This document shows, piece after piece, positions 15,301 to 27,800 of a DNA stretch of 62,911 bases. The first letter of the stretch is position 1, and each line of letters starts with the position of its first letter. Under the pieces are notes generated by a model that searched no databases, was not told where the DNA came from, and saw only the letters and a program-made list of their open reading frames with translations. The stretch is from Mizuhopecten yessoensis (taxonomy: Eukaryota), in NCBI RefSeq assembly GCF_002113885.1, contig NW_018405437.1, positions 228,872-291,782 on the forward strand, given 5' to 3'. A program made the position numbers and the translations under genes.

Positions 15301-15634
15301 TGTACAAAGATACGTTTTTGATAATTCCCCAGCCAAGGTACATCAGTAACAATATAGTACAAACCAACAATCGCAAGGATCCCTCGTCTCCAAACCGGAA
15401 ACTGAGAGAGTACGCAACATATGCTAGGAACAACAGCAGTAAAATACTGTATGTTATTGTTTTCAATATCTTTTGGTGCTTTAAAATAACAACCCGGATT
15501 CCGTAAATTATCTTGTCGATGAATAAAACTTTCTCTGCTATTACTAGACCATCTTCTGTCGGCATTTGGTCTGGATCTTCTAATTCATATGCTTGCGGTA
15601 TTACAACATCTGATTGGGAGTCGACAGAAGACAT
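6302..15634 (-). CDS. SLC28: SLC28/CNT-family (concentrative nucleoside transporter-like) membrane protein, 10 coding exons, ~593 aa
   Basis: Exons in transcript order: 15634-15231 (acceptor at 15740; first in-frame ATG gives MSSVDSQ), 14234-14090, 13692-13501, 13053-12892, 12541-12416, 10580-10453, 9793-9625, 7839-7582, 7263-7083, 6318-6302 (GLLFA*). All introns are GT-AG, phases match, total 1782 nt. CNT-like motifs: RNLVSLGG, INWHTVFWGLSLEFGFALIILRT, ESMNAATNIF, SIAGS, YLLTASVMSAPAALVASKMVYP, WPLAFIMG, TYAMCGFA, LIAGTIASYLTACVAG. The start codon is uncertain. Confidence 0.93.
8025..9050 (-). mobile_element. Non-autonomous Helentron-like element (HINE type) in an SLC28 intron
   Basis: Terminal hairpin AGGTCACTTGAGC-AAA-GCTCAGGTGACCT next to a (GACG/CGA)n microsatellite (8966-9005). 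Matching GGTCACCTGAG box at 8031. Internal ~320-bp tandem duplication (8270 vs 8593). A/T-rich insertion site. Confidence 0.75.
12149..12279. repeat. Near-perfect ~130-bp inverted repeat (fold-back MITE-like)
   Basis: AATAAGATTAACGACCGACTAAAAAACTAGCTGCTTTCACCCTTCACA..GCTCTTCAG / CTGAAGAGC..TGTGAAGGGTGAAAGCAGCTAGTTTTTTAGTCGGTCGTTAATCTTATT with a ~7-nt loop. Confidence 0.9.
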
Positions 15635-16455
15635 TCCTCTTACGTCAGGGTCAAGTTTATTTAAAGGAATGGTGGCTATTGGGATTCCATTGTCTAAACA
15701 TCTGTGTCTTGACGGATTAAGGTCGACGTTCGTGGTTTTACTGTGGTAATAAATGTGCATTTTAGTGACATAGACAACAGAAATAGCACAGCGTAAACAC
15801 AACAGGTCCTAATGTGAGTGTAATATTTGTACATAAAAACACTGAACAGAGATCAAAATTATAGGAACCTCATTATGAATCCAGATGGAAATGCATTTTT
15901 GTATAACATGCACCACATCAAATCTCCGTAAAATTCATCAAAGCACATATGAGAATAGGTACTGACATTTCATGAATGGTACCGCATCATCACAAAAATA
16001 TATATCATGAATGTGTTAAGGTATATAGTACGTAAATATTCAAATAAATTATTGTAACCCATAGTTACCCTTTACGTAGATGCTGTATATCCATGCTGAC
16101 GGTTTGCTGCGGTGTGTCGCTTTCCCATGAACTACCACATCTGACAAACACCATATAACTAGTGGTTTTATCCTATGTTTGGTAGTTTTGATGTAAGACG
16201 TGTTTTGCCCTAAAGCAATGCATGTCACTTTAACTACAGTATGTCGTGTCATTGTTGGTTAATTCGTAAATGGAAAAACTCCTCAAATGAAAGCATCGTA
16301 TTCATCATGATGTGCTGTGTTTTTGTCATAGCTATGTAAATTCTGGGATCAGTGACCTGGAACGATGATGCTATTACATCATATGTCTAAATCAGTAGCC
16401 ATAAAATATATAAATAAAATGCCCCTAATATATTACTTATGATAGATATATTTAC

Positions 16456-16545
16456 CTGTATGTTTAGGTTGCTGCTCAGCAGTTTAAAACTTTTTTTAAA
16501 ACGTTTTTCTTTGGACACTTTTTTCCATATAATGTCGAATATATC
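16456..16545 (-). other. Candidate 5'-UTR exon of the SLC28-like gene, containing a 10-codon uORF
   Basis: Acceptor tctgtag| at 16545 and donor CAG|gtaaat at 16456. It has an in-frame stop relative to the CNT frame, so it would be non-coding. Contains ATG GAA AAA ... TTT TAA (16528-16496). Confidence 0.3.
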
Positions 16546-17188
16546 CTACAGATAAGACAGGAATGTATGTGTTTTTAATGAAAAGTACAATACATGAAAG
16601 AGTATATTTTCTCTAAGTATATTATCAAAAATGAAATATGTTTTATTCAAATAAAAGTTTCACTTGAAGTTATTTTTTACCAGATTGTATTTACTAAAAT
16701 CTTCATCATTTACGTGTATGCATGTTGACATTGTATTCACATATCACACTTTTTCGACACCGTATTGTTAAAATGATATTTTATGCATGCGTGTGTGCTG
16801 AAGATGTATTGTGTTCTGTTGGAAGTGGGACCTTGCTTCCAACGGTATCACTTATAGTGCCACCTCACTTGAATACTACAGCACAGATATAGCTACATCC
16901 ACCATAGACAATTTTATACTATAATTGGGTTTTTGGAGTTATCTTACATAATGAGGTAATGAGTTGTTGCTCACGATGATTTGGGTCACTGTACCCTGTA
17001 GTTTTCCATTCCAATCAGCAATTAAGGAAATTGGTATTTTTAGTAAAATTCCGTCCTTTTCATGCATGTCATATCAATAAGTGAAAGTATATCAAAGCAT
17101 TTTCGAATTCTAGGCTATTATTTCCTGTCGTATTCATACAAGTTCATCAAATTGAATATGCCTAGACAATAACTAGAAACTTCGGCAA

Positions 17189-18050
17189 GATCACTTCAGT
17201 GAGGACCGATAACAAAAACCTAGCTTACACGATCACTTCAGTCAGGACTGGTCACAAAAACCTAACTAACTCGATCACTTCAGTCAGGACTGGTCACAAA
17301 AACCTAGCTTACGCGATCACTTCAGTCAGCACTTGTCACAAAAACCCTAACTTACTCGATCACTTCAGTCAGGACTGGTCACAAACAATTGACTTACACG
17401 ATCACTTCAGTCAGGACTGGTCACAAAAACCTAGTTTACTCGATTTCATTTCAAATCAATTTTATTGTATTCAAAAACACAATTGGATTAGACACAGGCA
17501 TTGCCTTTAAAAGCCCTTTCCAGAGAAAATACACAATTTCATACATTCATACATTGTATATACATATATATAGAGAGAGAGAGTATTATAGAGAAGATGT
17601 AGTATATGTTCGAATTAATAGGAGAATACTAGAACCATTTAATACATGTTCACAGAAAATAATAATTAGAATATCATAGATTTTAACATTTCAATTAATA
17701 TAGTCTATTCACTTCAGTTATTAATAGCCTAGTGTTTGGTTGGAGGCACTTCAAAGACACTGTCACTATACACAGTGCCATCCTTCCCAATTACACCAGA
17801 GTTATTGTTATAAAATAGTTTACTCGATCACTTCAGTAAGGACTGGTCACAAAAACCTATCTTACTCGATCACTTCAGCCAGGACTGGTCACAAAAACCT
17901 ACCTTACTCGATCACTTCAGTCAGGACTGGTCACAAAAACCTACCTTACTCGATCACTTCAGTCAGGACTGGTCAAAAATACCTACCTTACTGGATCACT
18001 TCAGTCAGGATTGGTCACAAAAACCTTGCTTATGACTGGTTATAAAAACC
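17189..18050. repeat. 42-bp minisatellite in two blocks (17189-17445 and 17820-18050) separated by ~375 bp of unique sequence
   Basis: Unit GATCACTTCAGTCAGGACTGGTCACAAAAACCTACCTTACTC; ~6 and ~5.5 copies. Confidence 0.95.
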
Positions 18051-21000
18051 TGATAATTATATGGTAACGTCTGGACTTTCATTTTCTGACAGTTTGCAGT
18101 CAACTTGGAATAAAGTTCTGATAAATTGTCTAATAATGTCGGATAAATTGAATTCTCGGATATTGATCACACACATAGTATATGGCATGACATGGACAAA
18201 ACTGATAATATCATCACAGCTTATCAATGAAAAGCGACGCTGATAGCATTGACTCGTTCTGATACTGTGCAAACTGTATATTTGATAGCATGCGTTAAAG
18301 GTGTCTTAAGTCGGAAATATAATTTTCAATCATTAACAATCTTATATTGTCATCTCGTACCTGACGCTGTGCATAAAGACTGATTTATAAATACACAGTG
18401 TCACGATGCCCTTAAGTATGTACTTCGTAAAAACGTTACGATTTATTTATTAATTCATTATAGGTCAGGACGTGGTGGCATATACCCAGGAGAGGACTGC
18501 GGGAGTACCCACAAACAACTGGAGCTAAGTAGTCTTTAGACACCATTTTGAAAAAAACGTCATATTACATGTGTATATGTTTATTTGTAACACTATTTGA
18601 AATATAGTCTGATATAGCCAAACATTGTATCGCCATAAAGGGTTTAATAGTTAAACTTCATTTTGCATTTCTACATGTATTTCGGAATATTTTATACATG
18701 GATTGTGATACTTTCGACCCCCGGTATCACGGATGAGTCAGACATGGACGAGATTACCATATGAGGAAATACATGTTTATCTTGTTTGGCCTAGTTTCTA
18801 CATCGATTTACAAATTGTATTATTTTAATGATTGCTTATTACCTTATTTCTAGTGATTATTTTGTGTCATCAGATATTTAATCTTGCTGGTTAACTTTAG
18901 CCTATGTACCAAAAATGTATTCTTCGACGGTTTGCATAAAAATTTGAAATAAACAAAAAAAAGAAAAAGAAAATAGTTAACGCTATAAACGAACATTTAG
19001 GCAAATAAGCTATAATTTTGATTAGTGACAGTATTATTTCATGTAAATATGCATTAAATTGATTTTCTAGTTACATTTACGGGGCAAAGCGTAAGGTACC
19101 AGCAAGTACGGTTCACTAGCAGTAAACAGTAACGCGAGCTTGCAAAACCTGTTGACTGGTTCTAACATTAACCCAAAACTATAAACTATTGGAGCATTGA
19201 GTATGTCCACCCATCTTTAAAATTATCAACCAAAAATGTAATGCAAGCTTCTAATGTTACTGAAATCTAAACGTTCCCTCCATATATTTACACACTTTCT
19301 AGTTACAAGACATTAAATATAGTATACAATTGTAGTCTTTTAGCGGTGTTTTCATGGCAATTCAAATTACCTGTAAGGGCAATTCCCATTCAAAATTTAG
19401 ATGTTATGCATGCTTGCACAATAAATTAGCTGCATATTATGCCGCGTATTCTTGCTTAAAATGTTTAGTTGCTCTAGAAGTAAATACAAATATGCTGCGA
19501 GTTTGTGCTGTTTTACTTCTCTTCCTGGAATTTACAAGCTTGTTGCAAGACCATTTATACTCTGTATCCACCATGTCAGCAGACAGTATTAGGAAGTCGT
19601 GTTTTCATGCTCTACATTGGGTGTAAAGAATTTGTGATGTGAAGTATTTCCCCGTTTGTATCCGCCATCTGAACCGATAGTCAAACTAACATTTATTATA
19701 TTATATATAATTGGTTAACTACATAACATGTTCAGTAGGTTCACGTCAGCAAAACTGGTATCTCATGTTTTGCAAATATGTTAACATAATTTGGTGCTAG
19801 TTACTCTTATAATGTTCAAAGTTATGTCTCCATTATTTCTTGCAACTTTGGACGGCAATAAAAAAATCTTGTTATGTACATGCATGTTCTTAAATAAATT
19901 GCCCCCTATAGAGACCACAAAACAATACGAAGTTCAATCCATATATTTTTAATGAGGAATGGTCAATCATTTCTAGTTCCTGTGAATGTCTTAAACACAT
20001 GGACGATTACCTGTCACTGTGTTTATAACATCGGTCTTTAAAATAGAATCATAAACATCCTCATTTTTACAAACTACTCTTTAATGATCATAAAATGCAT
20101 ATTTAATAGTAAAATATGTGTGATAAATAGAGCTACGTGGCAAGATATAATTTTATAGATAATATTCTATATATAATATTCTATATATTTTCATTTTCCT
20201 TTTTTCTCCTCCAAAATGACCGCTCTGGAATTTTTTTCCCAAATTTAAACAAGTAAATAAAATATATTATGACATGTTTACTCAAATAAAAAGTACACCA
20301 ATTTTTTAAATAAATTTGTAAATATAACTTAAATGTCACTTAAGTAATAAATAAATATGCATGTAAAAGTTGTAAAAATCGCCGTTGCTTTCGAAGAACC
20401 ATTACTAAACTACGACAAAAAAGCTGTTTACCAAAGTTTGTCATACATTTCTGCCACAATCTTAATATTATATTTTCAGTTCATAATTTGAATTATACAA
20501 TATTATTCCATACTGAGTCGCTAACAACAAATACAAGTATCTTTACACAGCATAAGAAAATGTAGAATCGTTCAACTTTCAAAATTTACATGGTATATAG
20601 CATATGACAAAACAAACAAAAAAAAAAAAATTCCTGACAATAATCCTTATTTAACACATTTGCAGAAAAATATACTGTACAAAATGCTTTTCTGCTTTTA
20701 AAATTTTAAAAAGAGTTTAAGAAACAAGCATTTTTTTTAATTCTGCATATTTTAAAGGAAATTGCAGTAAAAAATGAGTCTCTTTACAAAATGAAGAGAC
20801 TTCACATCTATGTATGTAAAATGTGCAGAACCGTTAAAACAAATCTGAATGATGCCACAATCCAGAAGGCTCTAGTAGCAAGTATATGCCAAGTTTAAAA
20901 GAAATGTTTAATAAATATCCTGATATGTAACCAAACCACTTTATCAGGAATTTACGCAAATATTCCCGAAAAATATCTCAGTTGCTTTTATTGCAACAGA

Positions 21001-21873
21001 ACAGTAACAGAATGTCATGTCTATTGTGTTATCACTAACTTCACAATTCCATATAGCTAAACATTAGGTACAACGTCGTTTTACGTCTCAGCAGGGTGTG
21101 TAACGTTGTGGAATTTAGGTTTACTGGAGTAATATTGACAATGTTAATTCACATATAGTGGTATGTAAATACTATAAAGGAAATCACTTAACAAACAGGT
21201 CTACAAGTACATTAAATACAACAAATTCATCTGCAAAATTCCCGATTATTGTGAATAGAGTATCTCTATAAAATACATATGTAGGGGATAGATATCAATG
21301 CAAATTAAACAATTGGCAGTGTTATTTTTAATCTTAATACAAATGCATCGTGTCATTTAGAAAATATTTTCCAATTCACAATAACACAACATCTAAAACA
21401 ATCTCCAATTCTAACCCCAACAATATATCCCTATATCAAGCCCTATTCAACTGCGTTGCCCAAACTCCCGAATTCCCACACAACAAACATACTCAAACCC
21501 CTTCATAACAACACAGCCCCAACCCCTACATTTATCCTTACAAAGCAAACCCACCCACCCCTACACAACATTCCTACTTAAACCCCAACCCTATCCCTAG
21601 AGAAACGATATCCATAGATAACACACCTGATACAACGTACATTGTATTACACAGATATCCTGCATCAGATACCATACCACTTCCCTCACTATGTCCCCAT
21701 TAAAAATCATATCCCCACATGGAGCTTTATCACTCATATGACATCTAATTTCAAACATACAACTGTCACATCTAACAGACTCGACTCCATCCCAATAAGC
21801 CGTCTGTTTAGACGATGAAGACATTTAAAGAATGGGGTATTTGTGAATGGATACTCAAACAACACGTTCACAT

Positions 21874-24800
21874 CTAGTCAGTAAATTCATATGGTGCTGT
21901 GGGCTTCAGTTTGCGGGCTTTGATACAGTCGTACACGAACAATTCTCCAACAACAGGTAACTGGAAAAGTAAAAAAGGAAGATAAGTTATCAATATTAAT
22001 GTATCATAAGTCATTTATATTTATTTTGCTTTTTTAACACCTCTATTAAAACAGAAAAAAAAAGTTCTACGGAGTTCTACATAAACTTATTCATAACCTT
22101 CAGGATTGTTCTTCCTTCCTCATATTGATATGTAACTTTGACAATGACTCAAAGAATGCTTCATTCCAAATTAAGTTCACATTTATTCTGCTATTGTCCA
22201 GCAGTCACGTTTTCAAAGCCTGTTCCCACAATTTACCCCCATTCTAGCTCACCGAATGGGGGCACTTGATCGTTTATACATGTTTCACAAAAAATTGGGT
22301 TAACATCCATCCAGTCTAGACTACCCAAAAGGTTATCGTAAACTGCAGAAGCAATATATGTAAATCGGTGATTTCAAGAAAAGGCTGGATCGAAACTAAA
22401 GACAACTATTGAAAATGGAGAGACTGAAAACACCCAGGAACAGACATAAACAGGTTATTCCTCACAGGCAGCACAGAGAAAATCCCTGCAACAGGACACT
22501 ACCATCAATTTACAATACACGTTCGATCTCTGGAGAGAGGGGGGCAAATAAGAAACTATGATGAAACAAAACAGCAAAATGACAGCAACGGAAAGCAGAA
22601 AGAAACTTCTAACTAAAGAATTGCAGTTGGAACAAAGGGCTAAAGTAGAAATATTACAAACAGCAGAATAAAATGAGTAAGTTATACTACAACAATGTTA
22701 CCTTGGTCGCATAAAATATACAAACATACTAAAATGGGAGGATTGAGAGAGCGTAGGAAAGAGACGACTTTGTCAAAGATCCCTTTACAGTTATTAAAAT
22801 CGTTTCTAGTCTAAGGAAGATTAGATCAACTGGCATGGTCAAAGGAAGGATTGAAAGGTCATCTCAAAGATATTCATTTTACCAACAGGACAGCACAGCC
22901 ATGAGGATTGAGAATAGTGCATCATTAAATAACATTTACCAATCTGGAATTGATCAGTATCAGTCCAAAGACCAAGTGGAAACCCATACAAGCTTTACAA
23001 GAAAGGTCTACGACTACAAAAGAGACCATGTTTTTAAGCTAATATGTACACAACAGAATAAATGCACTTCCAGTCACCAGGCTGAAAGAAAGCAGAGTGA
23101 GTCACTGCTCCATAAAGAGAAAGACTCCAAGACAATAGATCAATTTAGAACTACAGTATAGTATTGCTGAGTGTCTCCGCGATATTTGTCATGCGAATGT
23201 CAGCTTATACAGTGGTTAATACCTACGTTTACACTTCAGGTTAGACGAGAGGACCCACAGGTTTGCAGGGTGCGTAGAACAGACATGTGCCATAATCCAA
23301 CTGATCTCAGAAGCCAAATAAAAAAAGGCAACATGACAGTGGTATGGCTACGTCTCCCACACGTATTGCCTGAAGTAGCCTTGGTACTCATCACAATCCT
23401 CAGCACATCTGGGAAATGTCATGAGTTAATTTTGAGGAGCACATCTACGGTTTATATAATTATGGTTTGAATGGCGAAACCAGAAAAATGAACAGTGACA
23501 TGACGAACTATTTCACTAAAACGTTTCATTATGGGAGCAAATACGGCAGCAGAGAAAGCTGATGACCTATATAATGGTGTCTGACCTGACCTATAAAATG
23601 GTGTCTGAGCTCTACCAACCTATTAACAAAAGTGGGGGTGACATGGGCACAAATGCAAATTAATTCTCAATTCACGAAAACATGCTACTACTAATCTTTG
23701 GCAGCTTCATTAAGTGGCTGGTTGAATACTTCAAAGACGGACTCAGTGATAACCATAACCACAAGAACACCCAAGGTTATGTGAATCAGTGGATGAAGAC
23801 AATTCATAAGTCATAACTACAGGGGTCGAACAATTTGTCTACATGGTATGCTACTAAGGATAAAATAACTGCTGCAACTGCATGAAATACTAACGTCAAC
23901 ACTAGCAGGCTTCAGGAAGACAGACAAATTGGTACCTGTAGAAGCTGTTAAAGGTTTCAACTAGCTTCACATTAAAAGGTCCTTTATTTTTATAAAGTTG
24001 AGTACTTTAGCCTAATCATATCATGCTTCATATCTAATTTGGTAAAAAATGTATTCTGCCATTCTGGACTAGTTGGCTTTTCAGTAAAACGTTGACAACA
24101 GATGAGACACCAAGCTTAGGGCATAAACACATGCTTTTCTGGTAGGTGAGCTAAAAAGATCTTACCCCTTTACGAACTGCCTGCTGCACTTTATTAGTTT
24201 TCGTCGTAAATTCATTTGGAGTTGCTACCAGTATACTGAAAACCTTTGGTGTGGCTGTGAAAAAGAAGATCAGTATTAAATAAATAAGATATCAGTTGAA
24301 GGTAAAATATTACTTAAATTGTTTTTAGTAATAGGTAGTTAACATGTTACAATGTTAATTACATATTGTTACAGTACAGGAACATAATAGGTCAGGGGCC
24401 GCGGTGGCCAAGTGGTTAAGCTAGGCTCCTGACATTCTTCTACCACTAACCCTCCACCACTGGGTCGCGAGTTCGAGGCCTACGTGGGGCAGTCGCCAGA
24501 TACTGGCCATTGGTCGGTGTTCCTTAACCTGTCATGTCTCAAACAAATATAGGTCTACAATCAAAGTTGACCGGTAATCATTTAATTTACCTAACTATAT
24601 GTTCTTATTTCAAGATAGTATTTTCGATATTTATACTGAAAAAACATGGCAACCCTCCATCAAAAGTTATGGAATCTGATTCTATTATAATTTAATATTC
24701 TTTAAGAAAAGCAATATTTTACACACAATTTCAGACTGTCTGAATTATTTCAATCTGGTTTTACATGCATTTACATGAATAATTATCCTGAGTTTTAAAT

Positions 24801-27800
24801 AAAACCTGTCTCTTCCTTTTTTTATGATGAGATAAACAAGCGAGATCCTTTGTTGTACAGTTAACAGTATGGTTATATAGATATCCATGAGTATATCATA
24901 GCAACAACAGAAATTATCTTAAAGGTGAAATATTGTAATAAACTAAGTATGACTACCTGAATAAGCAAACCATCTGGTATATAAGATAATAACCTTACCT
25001 TTTTCTGATCCATGCATTTTTACTAGCTCCAGCATTTGGTTTTGTGGTAGTTGAAACATTCCAGAAAACATGATCTGTTCGTGTTTGAAGGTCCTGTAAC
25101 ATGAACATGGTTTTTGAACAATCAGTGAAAAGTGTGCAATCAAAAGCCACGGTGCCTTGTATTATATTTCCATTACCATCATAGTTTCCAAACACGCCTG
25201 TCTCCCTTCTTTGTATTTCATGTAATAATATCGCGATTTCACAATAATATAATGGTCAAATTAAAGTACATGAGTCTTATAGGCAAGAATGAATCTCCTC
25301 AATATTTTTGCAATCAGCAATTTTTATATTGCATTAAATAATTCATAAATTAATGATTATATCTCTCCATTTTTGGCTTCTGTCTCTCAGTACTAAGGGA
25401 ACAACACATATTCCATCGGTGCCAAGAATGCTTTATAGCAAATTTCTTAAAATATTATCAACATTTCAAGAAGAACAGGCTCACAGTGTTGGCCAAAGAA
25501 ATGCTCCAAAAGTTAAAATCTCACCCTTGGAGTAGAATTTTATATCTTTATGTTATTTCCCCTATTTGGCTGCACCCCCTTACCAAATTGAGTCCCTTTG
25601 GCCCTAGGATGATTCGAGTCATTTTAGGATAAAATTTTCATTCATTTTATTTGGCCCTGCCCCTCTGCCCTTAGGGATGCCAGACCATCAGTAAATACAA
25701 TGCTGAGGCTTCATGGCCAGGGAAACTCCACACAAATTAATGCTAAAATACATCTTTTTTGTCCTATTGATTCAATTCTTTGCCCATACATATACAAAAT
25801 TGAGTCCCTTTGCCTTATGCTCCATAACAAATTTAGTCTGTTGAGTACTTTTTAATTTGTCACGAAATTTTCAAACAAGATTTATATCGGATATGATTGT
25901 ACTTTCTAGGGAAGACTGATCACACTGGGTAAAAAAAGGTAGAAATTGGGTACATTTGTTGTATATATGTTGTGGTTTCTCTCAGAAAACTGCATCTAAA
26001 GTATTATCATTATCTTTCTTATACAGTATGTTATCAAGAAAAAGTAAAGCACTCTCAGACACTTGATATTGTTTAAAAATACAATCCATACAATCAGTAG
26101 GTTTTCTTACAACCAGACTTTTTAAAGTTTTAAGGGAAAAGTTGATACGAGATGGACAACAAATGGACGTCATGCCAGAACTGTTTGGGCAGGTGAGCTA
26201 ACATAATGTGTCAAACTTACTACACAGGCAGGCATGTGAGCTAACATAATGTGTCAAACTTACTACACATGCGGGCAGGTGAGCTAACATAATGTGTCAA
26301 ACTTCCTACACAGGCGGGCAGGTGAGCTAACATAATGTGTCAATCTTACTACACAGGCAGGCAGGTGAGCTAACATAATGTGTGAAACTTACTACACAGG
26401 CAGGCAGGTGAGCTAACATAATGTGTTAAACTTACTACACAGGCAGGCAGGTGAGCTAACATAATGTTTCAAACTTACTACACAGGCGGGCAGGTGAGCT
26501 TACATAATGGGTCAAACTTACTACACAGGCGGGCAGGTGAGCTAACATAATGGGTCAAACTTACTACACAGGCGGGCAGGGGAGCTAACATAATGGGTCA
26601 AACTTACTACACAGGTGGGCAGGTGAGCTAACATAATGTGTCAAACTTACGACACAGGCGGGCAGGTGAGCTAACATAATGTGTCAACCTTACTACACAG
26701 GCGGGCAGGTGAGCTAACATAATGGGTCAAACTTACTACACAGGCGGGCAGGGGAGCTAACATAATGTGGCAAACTTACTACACAGGCGGGCAGGTGAGC
26801 TAACATAATGGGTCAAACTTACTACACAGGTGGGCAGGTGAGCTAACATAATGTGTCAAACTTACTCCACAGGCGGGCAGGTGAGCTAACATAATGTGTC
26901 AAACTTACTCCACAGGCGGGCAGGTGAGCTAACATAATGTGTCAACCTTACTACACAGGCGGGCAGGTGAGCTAACATAATGTGTCAATCTTACTACACA
27001 GGCAGGCAGGTGAGCAAACATAATGTGTCAAACTTACTACACAGGCGGGCAGGGGGGCTAACATAATGTGTCAAACTTACTACACAGGCGGACAGGTGAG
27101 CTAACATAATGTGTCAAACTTACTACACAAACTCACTTTGAAGCCTTGGAACTAGCAATAGCACCGTAACCTTCTGCTATCTTCATTGGGTCAAACATGT
27201 CAGAGGTACCGCCCTGTAATAAACAAAACAGGTTCTACACCACCAGGAAATATATCAACAGAAATTCCTCTCAGTAAACTATATAAACAGGACATGTGAA
27301 ACACTGCAACGTACAATTCTTGTAAATCACCAGAGCCCACCAAACACATGTGCACCTTTAATGACTGAAACATTAGCCCTGCTATTTTCTCACTTAACAT
27401 CAATAAAGCTTATGGCAAAATTTACAAATCCTGACCAGTTTCAGGACCGTTACAATTAAAATTTAATACTTACTGTTACCCCAAATTTATCAGTAGCTAA
27501 GGTTACCACAAACATAATACAGATACATGCATGATGACTATAACTAGGGTTACAACATATGAAACACTACAAAAACCTGTCCCAACATCATTTTCTCTAT
27601 ACTTAATTATTGTGATTTATCACAGGCTGAACCATGGAAAGAACTGTTGTTTTGTTCTATACATTGTTTTTATTCTCAAAAAGCTGTAATCACAATAATA
27701 TCATTACAATCATGACAGTTGATTAAGTACCCTATCTAGCAAGAAAAACACACTCTTAGACACTTGTGTATTGATATATAATTTATACAATGAATAAGTT

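Noticed and set aside
17199-18045. ORFs with SITSVRTGHKNL repeats
   Set aside because: Translations of the 42-bp minisatellite.
24995-25195. ORF MFGNYDGNG... as a PARP exon
   Set aside because: Wrong frame; the phase-compatible exon is 25093-24999, encoding the BRCT-like start.
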